Part shown: positions 25,838 to 38,914 of the stretch, piece by piece
Layout of the letters: the number at the start of each line of letters is the position of its first letter
Position numbering within the stretch: position 1 is the first letter of the stretch
Assembly: GCA_947626955.1 (NCBI GenBank)
Contig: CANQUB010000001.1
Span: 10,748 to 74,747, forward strand
DNA: 64,000 nucleotides
Reading direction: 5' to 3'
Source of the DNA: an uncultured Clostridia bacterium
GTDB taxonomy: Bacteria; Bacillota; Clostridia; Christensenellales; UBA1242
Position numbers and translations under genes: made by a program
The notes under the pieces: model-generated
The model's input: the letters and a program-made list of their open reading frames with translations, nothing else
What the model was told of the DNA's origin: nothing
Database searches by the model: none

Positions 25838-27922
25838 TTATAGTTTTTTGATAAGTTTTAGATCAACTCGACCTTTTTCGTCAATTTTTATAACCTCGAC
25901 TTCAACACGGTCGCCAATGTTGACAACATCTTCCACCCTCTCCACTCTCTTGTTTGAAAGCTTTGAAATATGAATCATGCCGTCCACATTTTGAGTTAGC
26001 TCAACGAAGGCACCAAATTGCAAAATTCGAACCACTGTTCCGGTGTATCTTTCGCCAATCTCAGGCTCAAACACAATGCCAAGAATGATCTCTTTTGCCT
26101 TTTGAGCAGCGGCCTCATCGTTTGAGGCAATCATAACTCTTCCGTCGTCCTCGATGTCTACCTTAACGCCGGTTTCGTCGATAATCTTATTGATGGTCTT
26201 TCCTCCCGAGCCAATGACCTCACCAATCTTGTCTGGAGAGATGTTGAAGGAAATTATCTTTGGAGCCCACTTGCTCATGTGGTCACGAGGAGCGGCAAGC
26301 ACTGCAAGCATCTTAGACAAGATGTGCGCCCTGCCCTCTTTTGCCTGAGCAAGAGCCTGGGTTAAGATGGCCTCGTCAATTCCCTTGATCTTTATATCCA
26401 TTTGAATGGCGGTTATGCCCTTCTCGGTTCCGGCAACCTTAAAGTCCATGTCACCAAAGAAGTCCTCGGTGCCTTGAATGTCGGTAAGAACCACAACTTT
26501 GCCAGTCTGCTCGTCTTTAATTAGTCCCATTGCACAGCCCGAAACTGGAGCCTTGATTGGAACGCCAGCATCCATAAGCGACAAGGTGGATGCGCAAACA
26601 CTGGCCATTGACGACGAACCGTTTGACGAAAGCACTTCGCTTACCAGCCTTAGTGCATATGGGAACTCTTCCTCACTTGGAATAACTGGTTCAAGTGCTC
26701 TTTCAGCAAGGGCACCGTGACCAATTTCACGACGACCAGGAGACCTTAGAGCCTTGGCCTCGCCAGTTGCATAGCCAGGCATATTGTACTGGTGCATATA
26801 GCGCTTATACTCGGTGTTGTCTAGTCCGTCTAGCTTTTGAACTTCGCTGATTGTGCCAAGTGTCAGGGCGTTTAGCACCTGTGTTTGACCACGGGTGAAC
26901 ACGCTTGAGCCATGAACTCTTGGCAAAATGCCAACTTCGCACCAAATTGGGCGAACTTCGGTTAGAGCACGACCGTCTGGACGAATGCCCTTGTCCACAA
27001 TCATTCTTCTAACCTTTTCTTTCTTCATCTTGTAAAGAACGTCGTTGATCTCTTGCTCACGCCCCTCAAACTCGGTGGCAAAATGCTCCAAAACATCCTT
27101 TTCAACAGCGTCGGTTCTCTCGGTTCTTTCGGCGCGGTTCTTGGTGATGGCAAGAGCCTCGTCCATAGCCTTGTCGGCGTAGGATCTAACAGCCTTGTCG
27201 ACATCTTCACCAACGGTGAACACCTCGACCTCTCTCTTAGGTTTACCAACCTTCTTTACGATGTCTTCGATGAAGGCAACAATCTTCTTGATCTCTTCGT
27301 GAGCAAACAAAATTGCGTCTAGCATCTCTTTTTCGGTTATCTCTTGTGCCCCAGCCTCGACCATCATAATGGCGTCTTTTGTTCCGCTGACAGTTAGGTG
27401 AAGGCGGCTTCTTGCAGCTTCTTCCTCGGTTGGGTTAATGATATACTTTCCATCTATCATGCCAACCACAACCGATCCGGTTGGGCCAGCAAATGGGATG
27501 TCCGAAATTGAAAGAGCAACCGATGAGCCAATCATGGCCAGCACCTCAGGTGGCCTGTCTGGGTCAACCGAGAGTGCGGTGGCAACAACGGTTACGTCGT
27601 TATAAAATCCCTTTGGGAAAAGTGGACGGATTGGGCGGTCGATAAGTCTTGATACCAAGATAGCCTTATCACTGGCTCTACCCTCACGCTTTTTGAATCC
27701 GCCAGGAATTTTACCTACTGAATACATTTTTTCTTCAAAGTCCACTTGAAGAGGGAAAAAGTCCATCCCCTCACGTGGTTTGTCGCTCATGGTTACGTTT
27801 ACCATGACAGTGGTGTCACCACTTTTCACCATGCAAGAGCCGTTCGCAAATTCTGCATATTTACCCAATTCGACGGTAAGGTCACGGCCAGCGACAGTGG
27901 TTGTAAATACTTGTCCTTCCAT
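25838..27922 (-). CDS. pnp: polyribonucleotide nucleotidyltransferase (PNPase)
   Basis: 694 aa with two RNase PH domains, a KH domain and a C-terminal S1 domain (GAFVEL..DGMIHISKL). Confidence 0.97.
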   Translation of the reverse strand: MEGQVFTTTVAGRDLTVELGKYAEFANGSCMVKSGDTTVMVNVTMSDKPREGMDFFPLQVDFEEKMYSVGKIPGGFKKREGRASDKAILVSRLIDRPIRPLFPKGFYNDVTVVATALSVDPDRPPEVLAMIGSSVALSISDIPFAGPTGSVVVGMIDGKYIINPTEEEAARSRLHLTVSGTKDAIMMVEAGAQEITEKEMLDAILFAHEEIKKIVAFIEDIVKKVGKPKREVEVFTVGEDVDKAVRSYADKAMDEALAITKNRAERTERTDAVEKDVLEHFATEFEGREQEINDVLYKMKKEKVRRMIVDKGIRPDGRALTEVRPIWCEVGILPRVHGSSVFTRGQTQVLNALTLGTISEVQKLDGLDNTEYKRYMHQYNMPGYATGEAKALRSPGRREIGHGALAERALEPVIPSEEEFPYALRLVSEVLSSNGSSSMASVCASTLSLMDAGVPIKAPVSGCAMGLIKDEQTGKVVVLTDIQGTEDFFGDMDFKVAGTEKGITAIQMDIKIKGIDEAILTQALAQAKEGRAHILSKMLAVLAAPRDHMSKWAPKIISFNISPDKIGEVIGSGGKTINKIIDETGVKVDIEDDGRVMIASNDEAAAQKAKEIILGIVFEPEIGERYTGTVVRILQFGAFVELTQNVDGMIHISKLSNKRVERVEDVVNIGDRVEVEVIKIDEKGRVDLKLIKKL

Positions 27923-28005
27923 AAACTTCTATAACTCCTATAACTTTTACACTTTTTGTGCATAACTAAAGGGCAAAGAGTACTAACCCTTGCCCCAAAA
28001 ATGAC

Positions 28006-28269
28006 TTATTTTCTAATGTTTAATTTAGCAATAAGTTCACGATAACCTTCAAGATTAGTCTTCTTTAGATAATCCAAAAGGCCACGTCTTCTACCAACCA
28101 TTTGAAGTAGCCCACGGCGAGAGTGATCGTCTTGCTGATGGGTTTTAAGATGCTCGGTTAAATGGTTGATTCTTTCGGTAAGAAGTGCTATTTGAACTTC
28201 AGGCGAACCAGTGTCGGCCTCTTTTCTTTGATAAGCACCAATTATCTCTTGTTTCTTTGCTTTATCCAT
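28006..28269 (-). CDS. rpsO: 30S ribosomal protein S15
   Basis: [42 protein letters not shown].. The ATG at 28269 has a GGAGG 10 nt upstream; the track ORF start at 28299 is probably too long. Confidence 0.95.
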   Translation of the reverse strand: MDKAKKQEIIGAYQRKEADTGSPEVQIALLTERINHLTEHLKTHQQDDHSRRGLLQMVGRRRGLLDYLKKTNLEGYRELIAKLNIRK

Positions 28270-28402
28270 AGTGGTTTTTCCTCCTTCATTATTTGCCATT
28301 GCGCTAAGGTCTCAGTCGAAAAACCAAAACAAATGAGCCTTACGCAAAGGTACAGCACGAAGTATAACATATTAATTATAAAAAGTAAACAATTTTTAAA
28401 AA

Positions 28403-30487
28403 TTAGTTTTGATTGTTCCTATTTACAAATTGCACCGGCTTCAGGTTTTCAAGCTTTTCCATAATCTCATCGCTCATGGCCTTGTCTTTAACCTTTATGC
28501 TGGCAATAATTTCAAACCTGCCCTGCCCGGCCTGGTGAGCGTTGATCGAATTTATTGGCACTTTGGCGTCGTAGAAGATGTCTAGAATGTCGCTTAGCAG
28601 CCCGTCTTCGTCCTTTCCACCTATCTTGAAGCCCTCTTCAAAATATTTGTCCACCCCATCTTTCCACTCGGCCGAAAGAAGCCTGTCACGGTCCATTTGC
28701 TTTACGTTTGCACAGGAAGTGCAGTGCACGGTTATTCCGGCATTTGAGGCAATTGCGCATATCTCCTCGCCTGGAATTGGTGTGCAGCACCTTGCGAACT
28801 TGACATCGGCAATCTCACTGCCCTCAATATATACATAGGCATTGGGCTTTACCTCAGTCTTTTCGTCCTCGCTCTTTTTCATGGCAATGTTTATTATGTC
28901 GGCACGGTGAATACCATGGGTGGCAACCGAAGCAAACATATCGTCTAGAGAATAGATATAGTACTTCTTTTTAACCTCTCTCAGCACGTCATTAGACAGG
29001 CATTTTGACAGCGGAACCCCCATTTCTTGGCACCTTTCTTCAAGCATATCCCTGCCTTTTTTAACCATTTCGGGAACAAGGCTGCGCTTAAAGAAGTTCT
29101 TAATCTCGTTTCTTGCATGGGCACTGACAGCAAACCCCAACCACTCACGGCTTGGGCCAAGGCTGTCTTTTGAGGTTATAATCTCGACCACATCGCCAGT
29201 GGTGAGCCTTCGGTTAAGTGGGGATTTTTTGCCATTTACCTTGGCCGCAACGCAGCTGTTGCCAAGGTCAGTATGAACGGCGTAGGCCATGTCGATTGGA
29301 GTGGAGTTTTCGGGCAGTGAGATGGGTTTAAACTTTGGCGTAAACACCCAAATTTCGGCATTGCTGAAGTCCATTTGCAGTGCCTTTACAAAGTTTTCGC
29401 TGTCCTTTATTTGCTTTTCATTTTCAATGACCGACCTCACCCAGTTTAGTTTGTCTTCAAAGGCCGAAACCTTTGTGTCACCGCTTTTATATCGCCAGTG
29501 TGCAGCAATACCATATTCGCAAAGCTTGTGCATTTCAAAGGTGCGAATTTGCACTTCAAAAGGAGTGCCGTCTTTGGTAATTAGCGTGGTGTGCAGCGAC
29601 TTGTAGCCATTTTGCTTAGGCGAAGCAATGTAGTCTTTAATTCGCCCAGCAACAGGTTTATAGAACTTATGAACCTCGCCAAGAACTCGGTAGCAATCAT
29701 CCACATTGTCCACCAAGATTCTAAAGGCAATTATGTCGTAGATCTTGGCTGTGCCCTTGTCCTTAATCTTTTTGTAGAGCGAATAAAAATGCTTAAAACG
29801 GCTTTGCACTTCGCCATGCAGCTTCAGGTTTTCTAGTGCCTTTTTAAGGTTTAACTCAATGTCGGCCATGCGCTTGGTATTCTTTTCATATTTGCGGTCG
29901 AGCTCGGCCTTAAGCTTGTTATATTCCTCGGGATTGAGTACTGCAAAGCACATGTCTTCAAGCTCAATTTTTATGGAGTTTAGCCCCAGTCTTTCGGCCA
30001 GTGGTACAAAGAGGTTCATGGTCTCGGTGCAAAATTTTATTTGCCTTTCATATGGAAGCCCCGAGATGGTCTCCATGTTGTGCATACGGTCGCAAAGCTT
30101 TATTAAAATTACCCTTATATCCTTGCTCATGGCCATGAACAGCCGCCTTAGACTGTCCATTTCAATGGTGCTTTTGTTGTACTTAAATGAGCTAATTTTA
30201 GAAACGCCCTTCACTAGGCTTTCAACCTCGCTACCAAATTCGGCCTTGATCTTTTTGTAGCTTACCGGGGTGTCTTCAACCACATCATGAAGTAGCCCAG
30301 CCGTCACCGTGGCCTCGTCCATTCCAAGGTCAATAAGCTTGGTTGCCACGCTGACCGGATGGACAATATAAGGCTCACCCGTGCCACGCTTTTGGTTTTT
30401 GTGTGCCTCTTTGGCAAGGTCATAAGCCTTTAAAATCATGCCCGGGTCTTCATAATTATTTCTAACAAGTTTTTCGAACTGATCCAT
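28403..30487 (-). CDS. relA: bifunctional (p)ppGpp synthetase/hydrolase (RelA/SpoT homolog)
   Basis: HD hydrolase domain (HPVSVA..LLHDVVEDT), synthetase domain (YKSLHTT, EVQIRT), TGS and ACT domains. Confidence 0.95.
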   Translation of the reverse strand: MDQFEKLVRNNYEDPGMILKAYDLAKEAHKNQKRGTGEPYIVHPVSVATKLIDLGMDEATVTAGLLHDVVEDTPVSYKKIKAEFGSEVESLVKGVSKISSFKYNKSTIEMDSLRRLFMAMSKDIRVILIKLCDRMHNMETISGLPYERQIKFCTETMNLFVPLAERLGLNSIKIELEDMCFAVLNPEEYNKLKAELDRKYEKNTKRMADIELNLKKALENLKLHGEVQSRFKHFYSLYKKIKDKGTAKIYDIIAFRILVDNVDDCYRVLGEVHKFYKPVAGRIKDYIASPKQNGYKSLHTTLITKDGTPFEVQIRTFEMHKLCEYGIAAHWRYKSGDTKVSAFEDKLNWVRSVIENEKQIKDSENFVKALQMDFSNAEIWVFTPKFKPISLPENSTPIDMAYAVHTDLGNSCVAAKVNGKKSPLNRRLTTGDVVEIITSKDSLGPSREWLGFAVSAHARNEIKNFFKRSLVPEMVKKGRDMLEERCQEMGVPLSKCLSNDVLREVKKKYYIYSLDDMFASVATHGIHRADIINIAMKKSEDEKTEVKPNAYVYIEGSEIADVKFARCCTPIPGEEICAIASNAGITVHCTSCANVKQMDRDRLLSAEWKDGVDKYFEEGFKIGGKDEDGLLSDILDIFYDAKVPINSINAHQAGQGRFEIIASIKVKDKAMSDEIMEKLENLKPVQFVNRNNQN

Positions 30488-32788
30488 CTATGCCATCCTG
30501 TTCATAAATTTTGAAGAAGTGAGTTCTTTTCGTGGCGGATTCTCCTCTACCACCAAGCTAAACTCACTGCCAAGCGACAACTTGACAAAGCCGAGCTCGT
30601 CAAAGCACAGTAGCGAGAACAGCACCTCAAGCTTATTAACTCCTCCCTCGGCCGCCTTCAGCTTGTCTAGCCATTCAAAAATATTGTTGGCACGAATTAT
30701 TGGTGCATACTTTTTGATTAGGTTATACGAATAGACATGCCTGTCACGATTCTTGGTAAACACGCCCTTCTCGCATGGTGGGCACTTGGCCACAAACACC
30801 TTTGAGAAGGCCGCAAAATAGTCTTTTTCGTGAAAATATTTTTGACGAGTGAAGACCACATTATTGTAGCCAATAATGTCGGCGCTATCCAGCACTCCCC
30901 GTCCCGAAACAAGCAAGGTGTTTTGCCTGTTTTTGAGCGGCACGTGCGACAGTGTAAAGTTTTTGAACTTTGGAAGCATGGCCTTTATTTTTTCGGCGTC
31001 TTTGTAGTTATCCACCACAACCAGAGTGCCAAAATTGCCGCCGCCAAGGCTCAAGATGGTCTTTTCAAGATCCTCGCTATTAAAGAGCTGGCACTCAGCC
31101 TTTGAGCCCTCGGAATAGTATTTGTTGATGAGCGAAATCATGTTCTCTCGCTCCTTGTCTTCCTTTACGCATACCTCTTTCAAATAGACATTTTTTAGTA
31201 TAGCCTGAGGCTCAACCTTGCCACGGAAGACATCGTTTTCCAGCTCTACGATGAGGTGCTTTTTGGCCGTCATTTTCAAAATATCCACATTCTTTTCGGC
31301 CGCAAAAGCCACAATGGACTTTCCCTTTGGAGTGGTAAGCTTAAAGTGGCGATAGCTTGCGTCCTTCATCTGCATGACCTTTACAAGGTTGGTTTCTAGC
31401 ATGAGTACCGGCTTTTCGTTTTTGCAGCCAAAAGGCTCTAAGAGCGAGAGCATATCTATAAACTCTTTGCAAATGTCCTCTTCGCTAATCTTTATGTCAT
31501 AGGCCTCTTTTTCTATAAAGGCCTTCATGCTTACCTGCTTTGAAATGCTCTTTCTAAGGCCGGCTTTAAGTTTATCAAAATCCTCTTTTTTAACCTCGAC
31601 ACCAACCGCCATCTTGTGCCCACCATAGCGAATCAGGCAAGCCGAACACTCTTCAAGAGCCCTGTGAAGATCTATGTCATCAAGGCTTCGTCCACTGCCC
31701 TTCAGTGTTCCTTCGTCGGTGGTGGTAAACACTATGGCTGGGCGGTTATAGTCATGGCAAATGCGTGAGGCCAAAATGCCAAGCACGCCTTGGTGAAAGT
31801 CGCCCTGCAAAAGGATGATGTTCTCGCTTGCAAGGTCGATATTTTGCATCTGTTTGTCGAGAATCACCGCCCCCTCGCTTATCTTGTTTAGCCTCTCTTC
31901 GTTGTCGGCAACGATGTCGTTAAATAGGCTTTTAAGTTTTTTGTCATTTTCCTCAATTAGGAAATCAAAGACCTTTTTGCCCTTGCTCATGCGGCCGCAA
32001 GCGTTTATCCTTGGGACAAGCTTAAAGGTCACATCCTGCCCCGACAAATTCTTAATATTCAGCTCCGAGAGCATATATTTATAGCTCTTTAGGCACTGGC
32101 GCTTGTTCAGTCTTTCAATGCCGGTTTTGGCAATGTATCTATTCTCTTCAACAAGAGGCACAATGTCGCCAATGGTGGCCACGGCACAGATGTCAAGGTA
32201 TTTATCAGCCGCCTCTTTTCCGCCAAGCGCTTCAACAAGTTTTAGTGCCACTCCTGCCCCGCAAAGGCCATTGAATGGGTACTTTTGCCCCTCAATCTTT
32301 GGGTCTATCAAGATGCAATTTGGAAGAGTGCTCGACGGCTCATGGTGATCGGTAACAATGATGTCTACCCCAGCAGCTTTAATGGCCTCAACCTCACTGA
32401 CGGCGGTTACGCCAAGGTCGACGGTTATAATAAGGTCGGGCCGAGCTTCGGTGAGTACTTCGTCTATCATGTTTGGCGAAAGGCCGTAGCCGTCGTCAAA
32501 GCGATCGGGTATGTAAACATCGGGGGTGTTGCCCCGAGATTGCAAATATTTATAGAGTATCACGCAGGCCGAAATGCCGTCGCAGTCGTAGTCGCCGTAA
32601 ACCACAATCTTTTGCTTTTTGTCTATGGCCTCTTCAATCCTCTTTACTGCCTCGGCCATGCCGCTTAGGTCAAACGGATTATTGAGCATGGAAGAATCGG
32701 GGCTAATAAACCTTTGAATTTCCTCTTCGGTCTTGAGTCCCTTTTTATTTAGATATTCAATTATTCTCTTATCTAATTCCACCATCAT
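30488..32788 (-). CDS. recJ: single-stranded-DNA-specific exonuclease RecJ
   Basis: DHH motifs (YGDYDCDGI, VDLG, IVTDHHEP) and DHHA1 (GGHKMAVG). Confidence 0.93.
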   Translation of the reverse strand: MMVELDKRIIEYLNKKGLKTEEEIQRFISPDSSMLNNPFDLSGMAEAVKRIEEAIDKKQKIVVYGDYDCDGISACVILYKYLQSRGNTPDVYIPDRFDDGYGLSPNMIDEVLTEARPDLIITVDLGVTAVSEVEAIKAAGVDIIVTDHHEPSSTLPNCILIDPKIEGQKYPFNGLCGAGVALKLVEALGGKEAADKYLDICAVATIGDIVPLVEENRYIAKTGIERLNKRQCLKSYKYMLSELNIKNLSGQDVTFKLVPRINACGRMSKGKKVFDFLIEENDKKLKSLFNDIVADNEERLNKISEGAVILDKQMQNIDLASENIILLQGDFHQGVLGILASRICHDYNRPAIVFTTTDEGTLKGSGRSLDDIDLHRALEECSACLIRYGGHKMAVGVEVKKEDFDKLKAGLRKSISKQVSMKAFIEKEAYDIKISEEDICKEFIDMLSLLEPFGCKNEKPVLMLETNLVKVMQMKDASYRHFKLTTPKGKSIVAFAAEKNVDILKMTAKKHLIVELENDVFRGKVEPQAILKNVYLKEVCVKEDKERENMISLINKYYSEGSKAECQLFNSEDLEKTILSLGGGNFGTLVVVDNYKDAEKIKAMLPKFKNFTLSHVPLKNRQNTLLVSGRGVLDSADIIGYNNVVFTRQKYFHEKDYFAAFSKVFVAKCPPCEKGVFTKNRDRHVYSYNLIKKYAPIIRANNIFEWLDKLKAAEGGVNKLEVLFSLLCFDELGFVKLSLGSEFSLVVEENPPRKELTSSKFMNRMA

Positions 32789-32838
32789 TTTTCCTATTAA
32801 AAAAGCCCATCAAAATATTTGTGGGCTTAATTTTTTTA

Positions 32839-33879
32839 TTAAACTACGGGTTTGGACGTGTCGTCCTTCTTGCGCTTTGCCTGTTGCCTCTTGACCATCT
32901 CTTTGTCTTTCTTTTTAGCTTCGGCGCTCTTGGCTTTTGCCTTTGCTTTTTCAGGCTTTAGGGTGGTCTCTATGTTAGGGTTACGCGAAAGTCTAATCTT
33001 GTCTCTTGTAACCTTGGCCTCAAGAAGATATTTGTGGATGTTCATGGCCACAAAATAGTATGTGTAGGCCGAAACGAGCAGGCAAACAAATATGGTTGCA
33101 CCCGACATTGTCACAACGCTGAGCGGCGTGCAAACAAGGCACAGTGCCAATATTAAAAGTGCGCAAACAATGAATATAAGTGGTTTTAGCGTTGACTTTT
33201 GGCTCATATTTACAAGCTCGTCCACGCTAAGGCCTTCATTATGCTTGGCCTTTTGGTTTTCGCGAAGCCTTTCAAGGGTGATGACGCAGGCAAACAGCGT
33301 TAGAATTACCGACGCAAGGATGATTGCCATACTTATGAAGTTTATTGGCAGTCTTACAATAATAACCAAGGCGGTTGTCACAATAAGCGAGTGAAGCACA
33401 GCAAGCAGCAAGGTCAGCCCGGCCATGATCTTATATCTCAGCCAGCCGGCCACAAAGATGGCAAGCAGCACGCAGACAATGGTGACGCTAGCCCAAATTA
33501 CCGCACGGTTGGTCACTGTTCCGCTTATGGTTTGAAGAGTCGAAACGGCTTCTTCTTCAACGCCAAGCTTTTTAATTAGAGTGTCACGGAGTTTTGGATC
33601 GACATTCTTTTTGTTTACTCTAACAACAAGGTATGTGTCAACCCCCTTGTCTTCAACAAAGATACGCTCTTCAATGAGCCCGTGCTCTTTGAGTGCACTC
33701 TTTACTTGCTTTGTCTGCTGACTAACATTTTGGGTGTTTTCAATCTTTATTTCTACCTGGGTCCCGCCCCCGATGTCGCTTCCAAGGTTTATTCCAACGG
33801 TCAGCGACAATACAACTGCAACGATAATTAAAACTAGTGAAACGCAAAGATACCAAACGAGGTTTTTCTTATTAGTCAT
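32839..33879 (-). CDS. secF: protein translocase subunit SecF (Lys-rich C-terminal tail)
   Basis: The ATG at 33879 (MTNKKNLVWY), 2 nt after the secD stop, is preferred over the track start at 33945. It has a 6-TM SecF pattern. Confidence 0.9.
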   Translation of the reverse strand: MTNKKNLVWYLCVSLVLIIVAVVLSLTVGINLGSDIGGGTQVEIKIENTQNVSQQTKQVKSALKEHGLIEERIFVEDKGVDTYLVVRVNKKNVDPKLRDTLIKKLGVEEEAVSTLQTISGTVTNRAVIWASVTIVCVLLAIFVAGWLRYKIMAGLTLLLAVLHSLIVTTALVIIVRLPINFISMAIILASVILTLFACVITLERLRENQKAKHNEGLSVDELVNMSQKSTLKPLIFIVCALLILALCLVCTPLSVVTMSGATIFVCLLVSAYTYYFVAMNIHKYLLEAKVTRDKIRLSRNPNIETTLKPEKAKAKAKSAEAKKKDKEMVKRQQAKRKKDDTSKPVV

Positions 33880-35221
33880 TAGTCTTTTCCTCCTCTTTTG
33901 TTGGTAGCCTATACGCTTTTGTTGCCCCATCGTTAAAGGCCTCAAAAATCCTTATGAAGCCTGGTAGCATAACAAGTGTGCTAAATAGCGATAGACAGCT
34001 AAACAAAGTAGTGATTAAGCCGAACACTCTAAGTTCAGAGCCTGCCACTATAGCAACGACTCCAAAAATGACTGCAAGGGTTACACATGAAGCCACAATC
34101 CCAGCTATTGAACGCTTGAATCCGCTCTCTAGCGATGCTGAGATGGTCTTGCCCGACTTATACTCTTCTTCAAAGCGGCTGGCAAACATCATGGCAGTGG
34201 TCTCTAATATCGCAAAGCCAAGGCCAAGCGCAATTATGGATGATAGGCTGAGCTCGACAAATTCAAATGCACACAGCACGCATATTGCCATGATTGCCAC
34301 AAATATGGTTGCCAAGCTCTGACAAGCACCTATAACACCGTACTTAACAATGAGATATACAAGGGCTACAACAATAAGCAGTGCCACCCCGATAATTCCC
34401 ATAACCTTAGCAAGTGAGAAACCAAAATTCTTAGCCGATGGATCAGCAGTTAAATTGCCAACGCCAAGAGTGCTAGACATTGTGTCTATCTTAACGGTGT
34501 CGGAATTTAAAATAATTTCCATCGACCCAAGACGAACACGCATGGCAAACTCTTTTGCGCTTTCTAGCGTTCCAAGGCTGAGCGAGAGCGTTGAGTAGTC
34601 CGACGTGGTCATGTTCTCGGTCGAAAGGCTGGTCACCTGCTCGCCGCCCATGTAGATATAGATGCTGCTAGCTCCCGAAGTAAGCAAGTCTTCATAGGCC
34701 TGTTCGCCGGCTTTGTTAAAATTGATGATAACAAAGTTGTTGCCTCCGTTGTTGGCAAGTTCAACGCTTTTGATGTGCTTTGAGCCAATGATGTAGATGC
34801 CCTCTTCGTCGGTGCTGCTTCTAAGCTCGAACGAGCCCGAGCCTATGGTGTTTAGAAGTGAAATTGAATCGTTCAAATTGGCCTCTAAACTTGGATAGCC
34901 AATCTCGATTCTTATCTTCTTTCCATCAACTGCAAAAACAGTTGCACCCGAATATCCCTCATCTGCAAGCACGTCTTTGATGGTGGCAATGCTGCGGTTG
35001 ATCTGGTTAGAAGTGTAGTCTTGCTCACCATCATTTTTCAGGTCATACTCAGCATAAACGCCCCCGCCAAGGTCGTTAGAAACATTGATAGTTCCTAAAA
35101 GCGAAGTGAAACTAAATGAGTGAAAATTCATTGGAATAAAGGTAAATACAGCACCGATGACCAAAATTACAGCTATCAGCCCGATTAAAATTTTTGCCGT
35201 TTTCTTTTTTATAGGTTTCAT
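33872..35221 (-). CDS. secD: protein translocase subunit SecD
   Basis: 449 aa with an N-terminal TM, a periplasmic-type domain and a C-terminal 5-TM bundle. It is adjacent to secF. Confidence 0.9.
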   Translation of the reverse strand: MKPIKKKTAKILIGLIAVILVIGAVFTFIPMNFHSFSFTSLLGTINVSNDLGGGVYAEYDLKNDGEQDYTSNQINRSIATIKDVLADEGYSGATVFAVDGKKIRIEIGYPSLEANLNDSISLLNTIGSGSFELRSSTDEEGIYIIGSKHIKSVELANNGGNNFVIINFNKAGEQAYEDLLTSGASSIYIYMGGEQVTSLSTENMTTSDYSTLSLSLGTLESAKEFAMRVRLGSMEIILNSDTVKIDTMSSTLGVGNLTADPSAKNFGFSLAKVMGIIGVALLIVVALVYLIVKYGVIGACQSLATIFVAIMAICVLCAFEFVELSLSSIIALGLGFAILETTAMMFASRFEEEYKSGKTISASLESGFKRSIAGIVASCVTLAVIFGVVAIVAGSELRVFGLITTLFSCLSLFSTLVMLPGFIRIFEAFNDGATKAYRLPTKEEEKTND

Positions 35222-35469
35222 AATGCGTCCTTACTCAGTTCATTTTGCCCCATTATACAACATATCTTTTGGCGCGGTCAATGATTTACTAAAATTTTTT
35301 CTCTTAAAATTTTCTCCTTAATTTTTATATATATTCTACTCTTCCGCCTTTCTTCCGCCTTGTCTCTTTTTTAGCTCACCCCGAAACATTATTTTTCGAC
35401 AAAAGTTTTTTGCTCCTACACGCCTAAACTGAGCATTTTAGCATATACATTTACAAAAAGGAGCACATT

Positions 35470-35874
35470 ATGAAAACTAAAACTCAAACAAAAACCAAAA
35501 GTGAGGGCCTTGTAAAGGTTTTAAAATACATAAAAAGCCTGTTCGTTTCGCTTATAATCACTTTCGGCCTTATCATTCTTTTTGCGTTTATAATTAAATG
35601 GGTGGATCTTCCTGACGCCTACATCACCCCAGTAAATCTTGTTATAAAGGCTCTTAGCGTATTCTTTGGTGCCATGATTCTTACCAAAAATGGTCAAAGA
35701 GGCTTGGTTAATGGCATCTTGTTTGCCCTTGTATACACCCTTATCTCCTTCACCATTTTCTCCCTTCTTGCCAAAAGTTTTTCGCTAGGCCTCGGGCTTG
35801 TTTCCGACTTTGGCTTTAACGGCGTTGTTGGCGCAATCGGCGGGATTGTGGGAGTCAATATTAAGAAAAAATAA
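35470..35874 (+). CDS. small integral membrane protein (YrzE/TIGR04086-like)
   Basis: 134 aa with 4 TM helices. Its position near yajC/secDF matches the B. subtilis yrzE neighbourhood. The family assignment is from memory. Confidence 0.5.
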   Translation: MKTKTQTKTKSEGLVKVLKYIKSLFVSLIITFGLIILFAFIIKWVDLPDAYITPVNLVIKALSVFFGAMILTKNGQRGLVNGILFALVYTLISFTIFSLLAKSFSLGLGLVSDFGFNGVVGAIGGIVGVNIKKK

Positions 35875-35914
35875 AAAATGAATGATACTCGCTTGCTTTG
35901 TGAGCGAATTATTA

Positions 35915-35960
35915 GTTCCGCTGCACAAGTGCAGCGGAACTAAACAAGTCGCTCGCAACC
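35915..35960. repeat. hairpin + GTCGCTCGC motif, copy R-b
   Basis: gttccgctgcac-aa-gtgcagcggaac (35915-35940) followed by acaagtcgctcgcaacc (35944-35960). Confidence 0.5.
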
Positions 35961-35968
35961 TAACAAAA

Positions 35969-35991
35969 AAGACCGCATCTGCGGTCTTTTT
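35969..35991. terminator. bidirectional intrinsic terminator between the membrane-protein gene and yajC
   Basis: aaaaaagaccgca-tct-gcggtcttttt. Confidence 0.75.
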
Positions 35992-35996
35992 AGTGC

Positions 35997-36533
35997 TTAT
36001 TTTTGTTTCTTTCTTGGTTTTTTGCCACTTATTTGCTTTTCAATGTCGGCGGCGGTGTCACCTTCAGTTTTTGCCTCGGCCTTCTCTTCGGCTTTTGGCT
36101 CTTCAGCTGGCTTTTCTTCGGCCTTTGGTTCGGCTTTTTCTTCGGCTTTTGCCTCAGTCTTGGTCTCAGCCTTCTCTTCCTTTTCAGGCTCGTAGGTCGA
36201 TGTTAGAACCGAGCCAACAGCGTTCATGTCGAACTCCATGGTGGTCTTTGAGCCCTTTGCGCCAGTCTCTAGCACGAAAGTTGCAATGTCGCCTTTTTTG
36301 TTGATGCGGGTCACGCGGCCTATAATTCCGCCTATCGTGCGCACTTCATCCCCCACTCTCAGGCGGTCAACCATTTGGTTGTATTCTTTCATTCTGCGGC
36401 GATTGGTGATGGTAGGCAAAACTAGCATCAAAACAACCAAAACAATCAAAACAACATATATGATCCAGCCATATTTGCTACCCTTGCTAGTTTCGGCTGC
36501 ATCGCCTGCAGCGTCAAGTAAAAATCTTAGCAT
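35997..36533 (-). CDS. yajC: preprotein translocase subunit YajC with an acidic/Lys-rich repeat tail
   Basis: TM plus the YajC core (RRRMKEYNQMVDRLRVGDEVRTIGGIIGRV). The C-terminal ~75 aa carry EKAE/PKAE-type repeats. Confidence 0.85.
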   Translation of the reverse strand: MLRFLLDAAGDAAETSKGSKYGWIIYVVLIVLVVLMLVLPTITNRRRMKEYNQMVDRLRVGDEVRTIGGIIGRVTRINKKGDIATFVLETGAKGSKTTMEFDMNAVGSVLTSTYEPEKEEKAETKTEAKAEEKAEPKAEEKPAEEPKAEEKAEAKTEGDTAADIEKQISGKKPRKKQK

Positions 36534-36625
36534 TTTCTTTCTCCTTTAATTTCTAATGCTTAGTTTAGCATACAATTTGTCCTGCCCGCAAGCATTTTTT
36601 TGTAAAATTATGGGCATATACAAAA

Positions 36626-38849
<2,224 letters not shown>

Positions 38850-38914
38850 AATCTCTTCTCAAAAAACGCAAAATTGATATTGCAATAGCGAAAAAACCAT
38901 ATCAAAACTGCATT

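Noticed and set aside
35882-36304. 140-aa plus-strand ORF
   Set aside because: It is antisense to the yajC repeat tail and crosses a bidirectional terminator.
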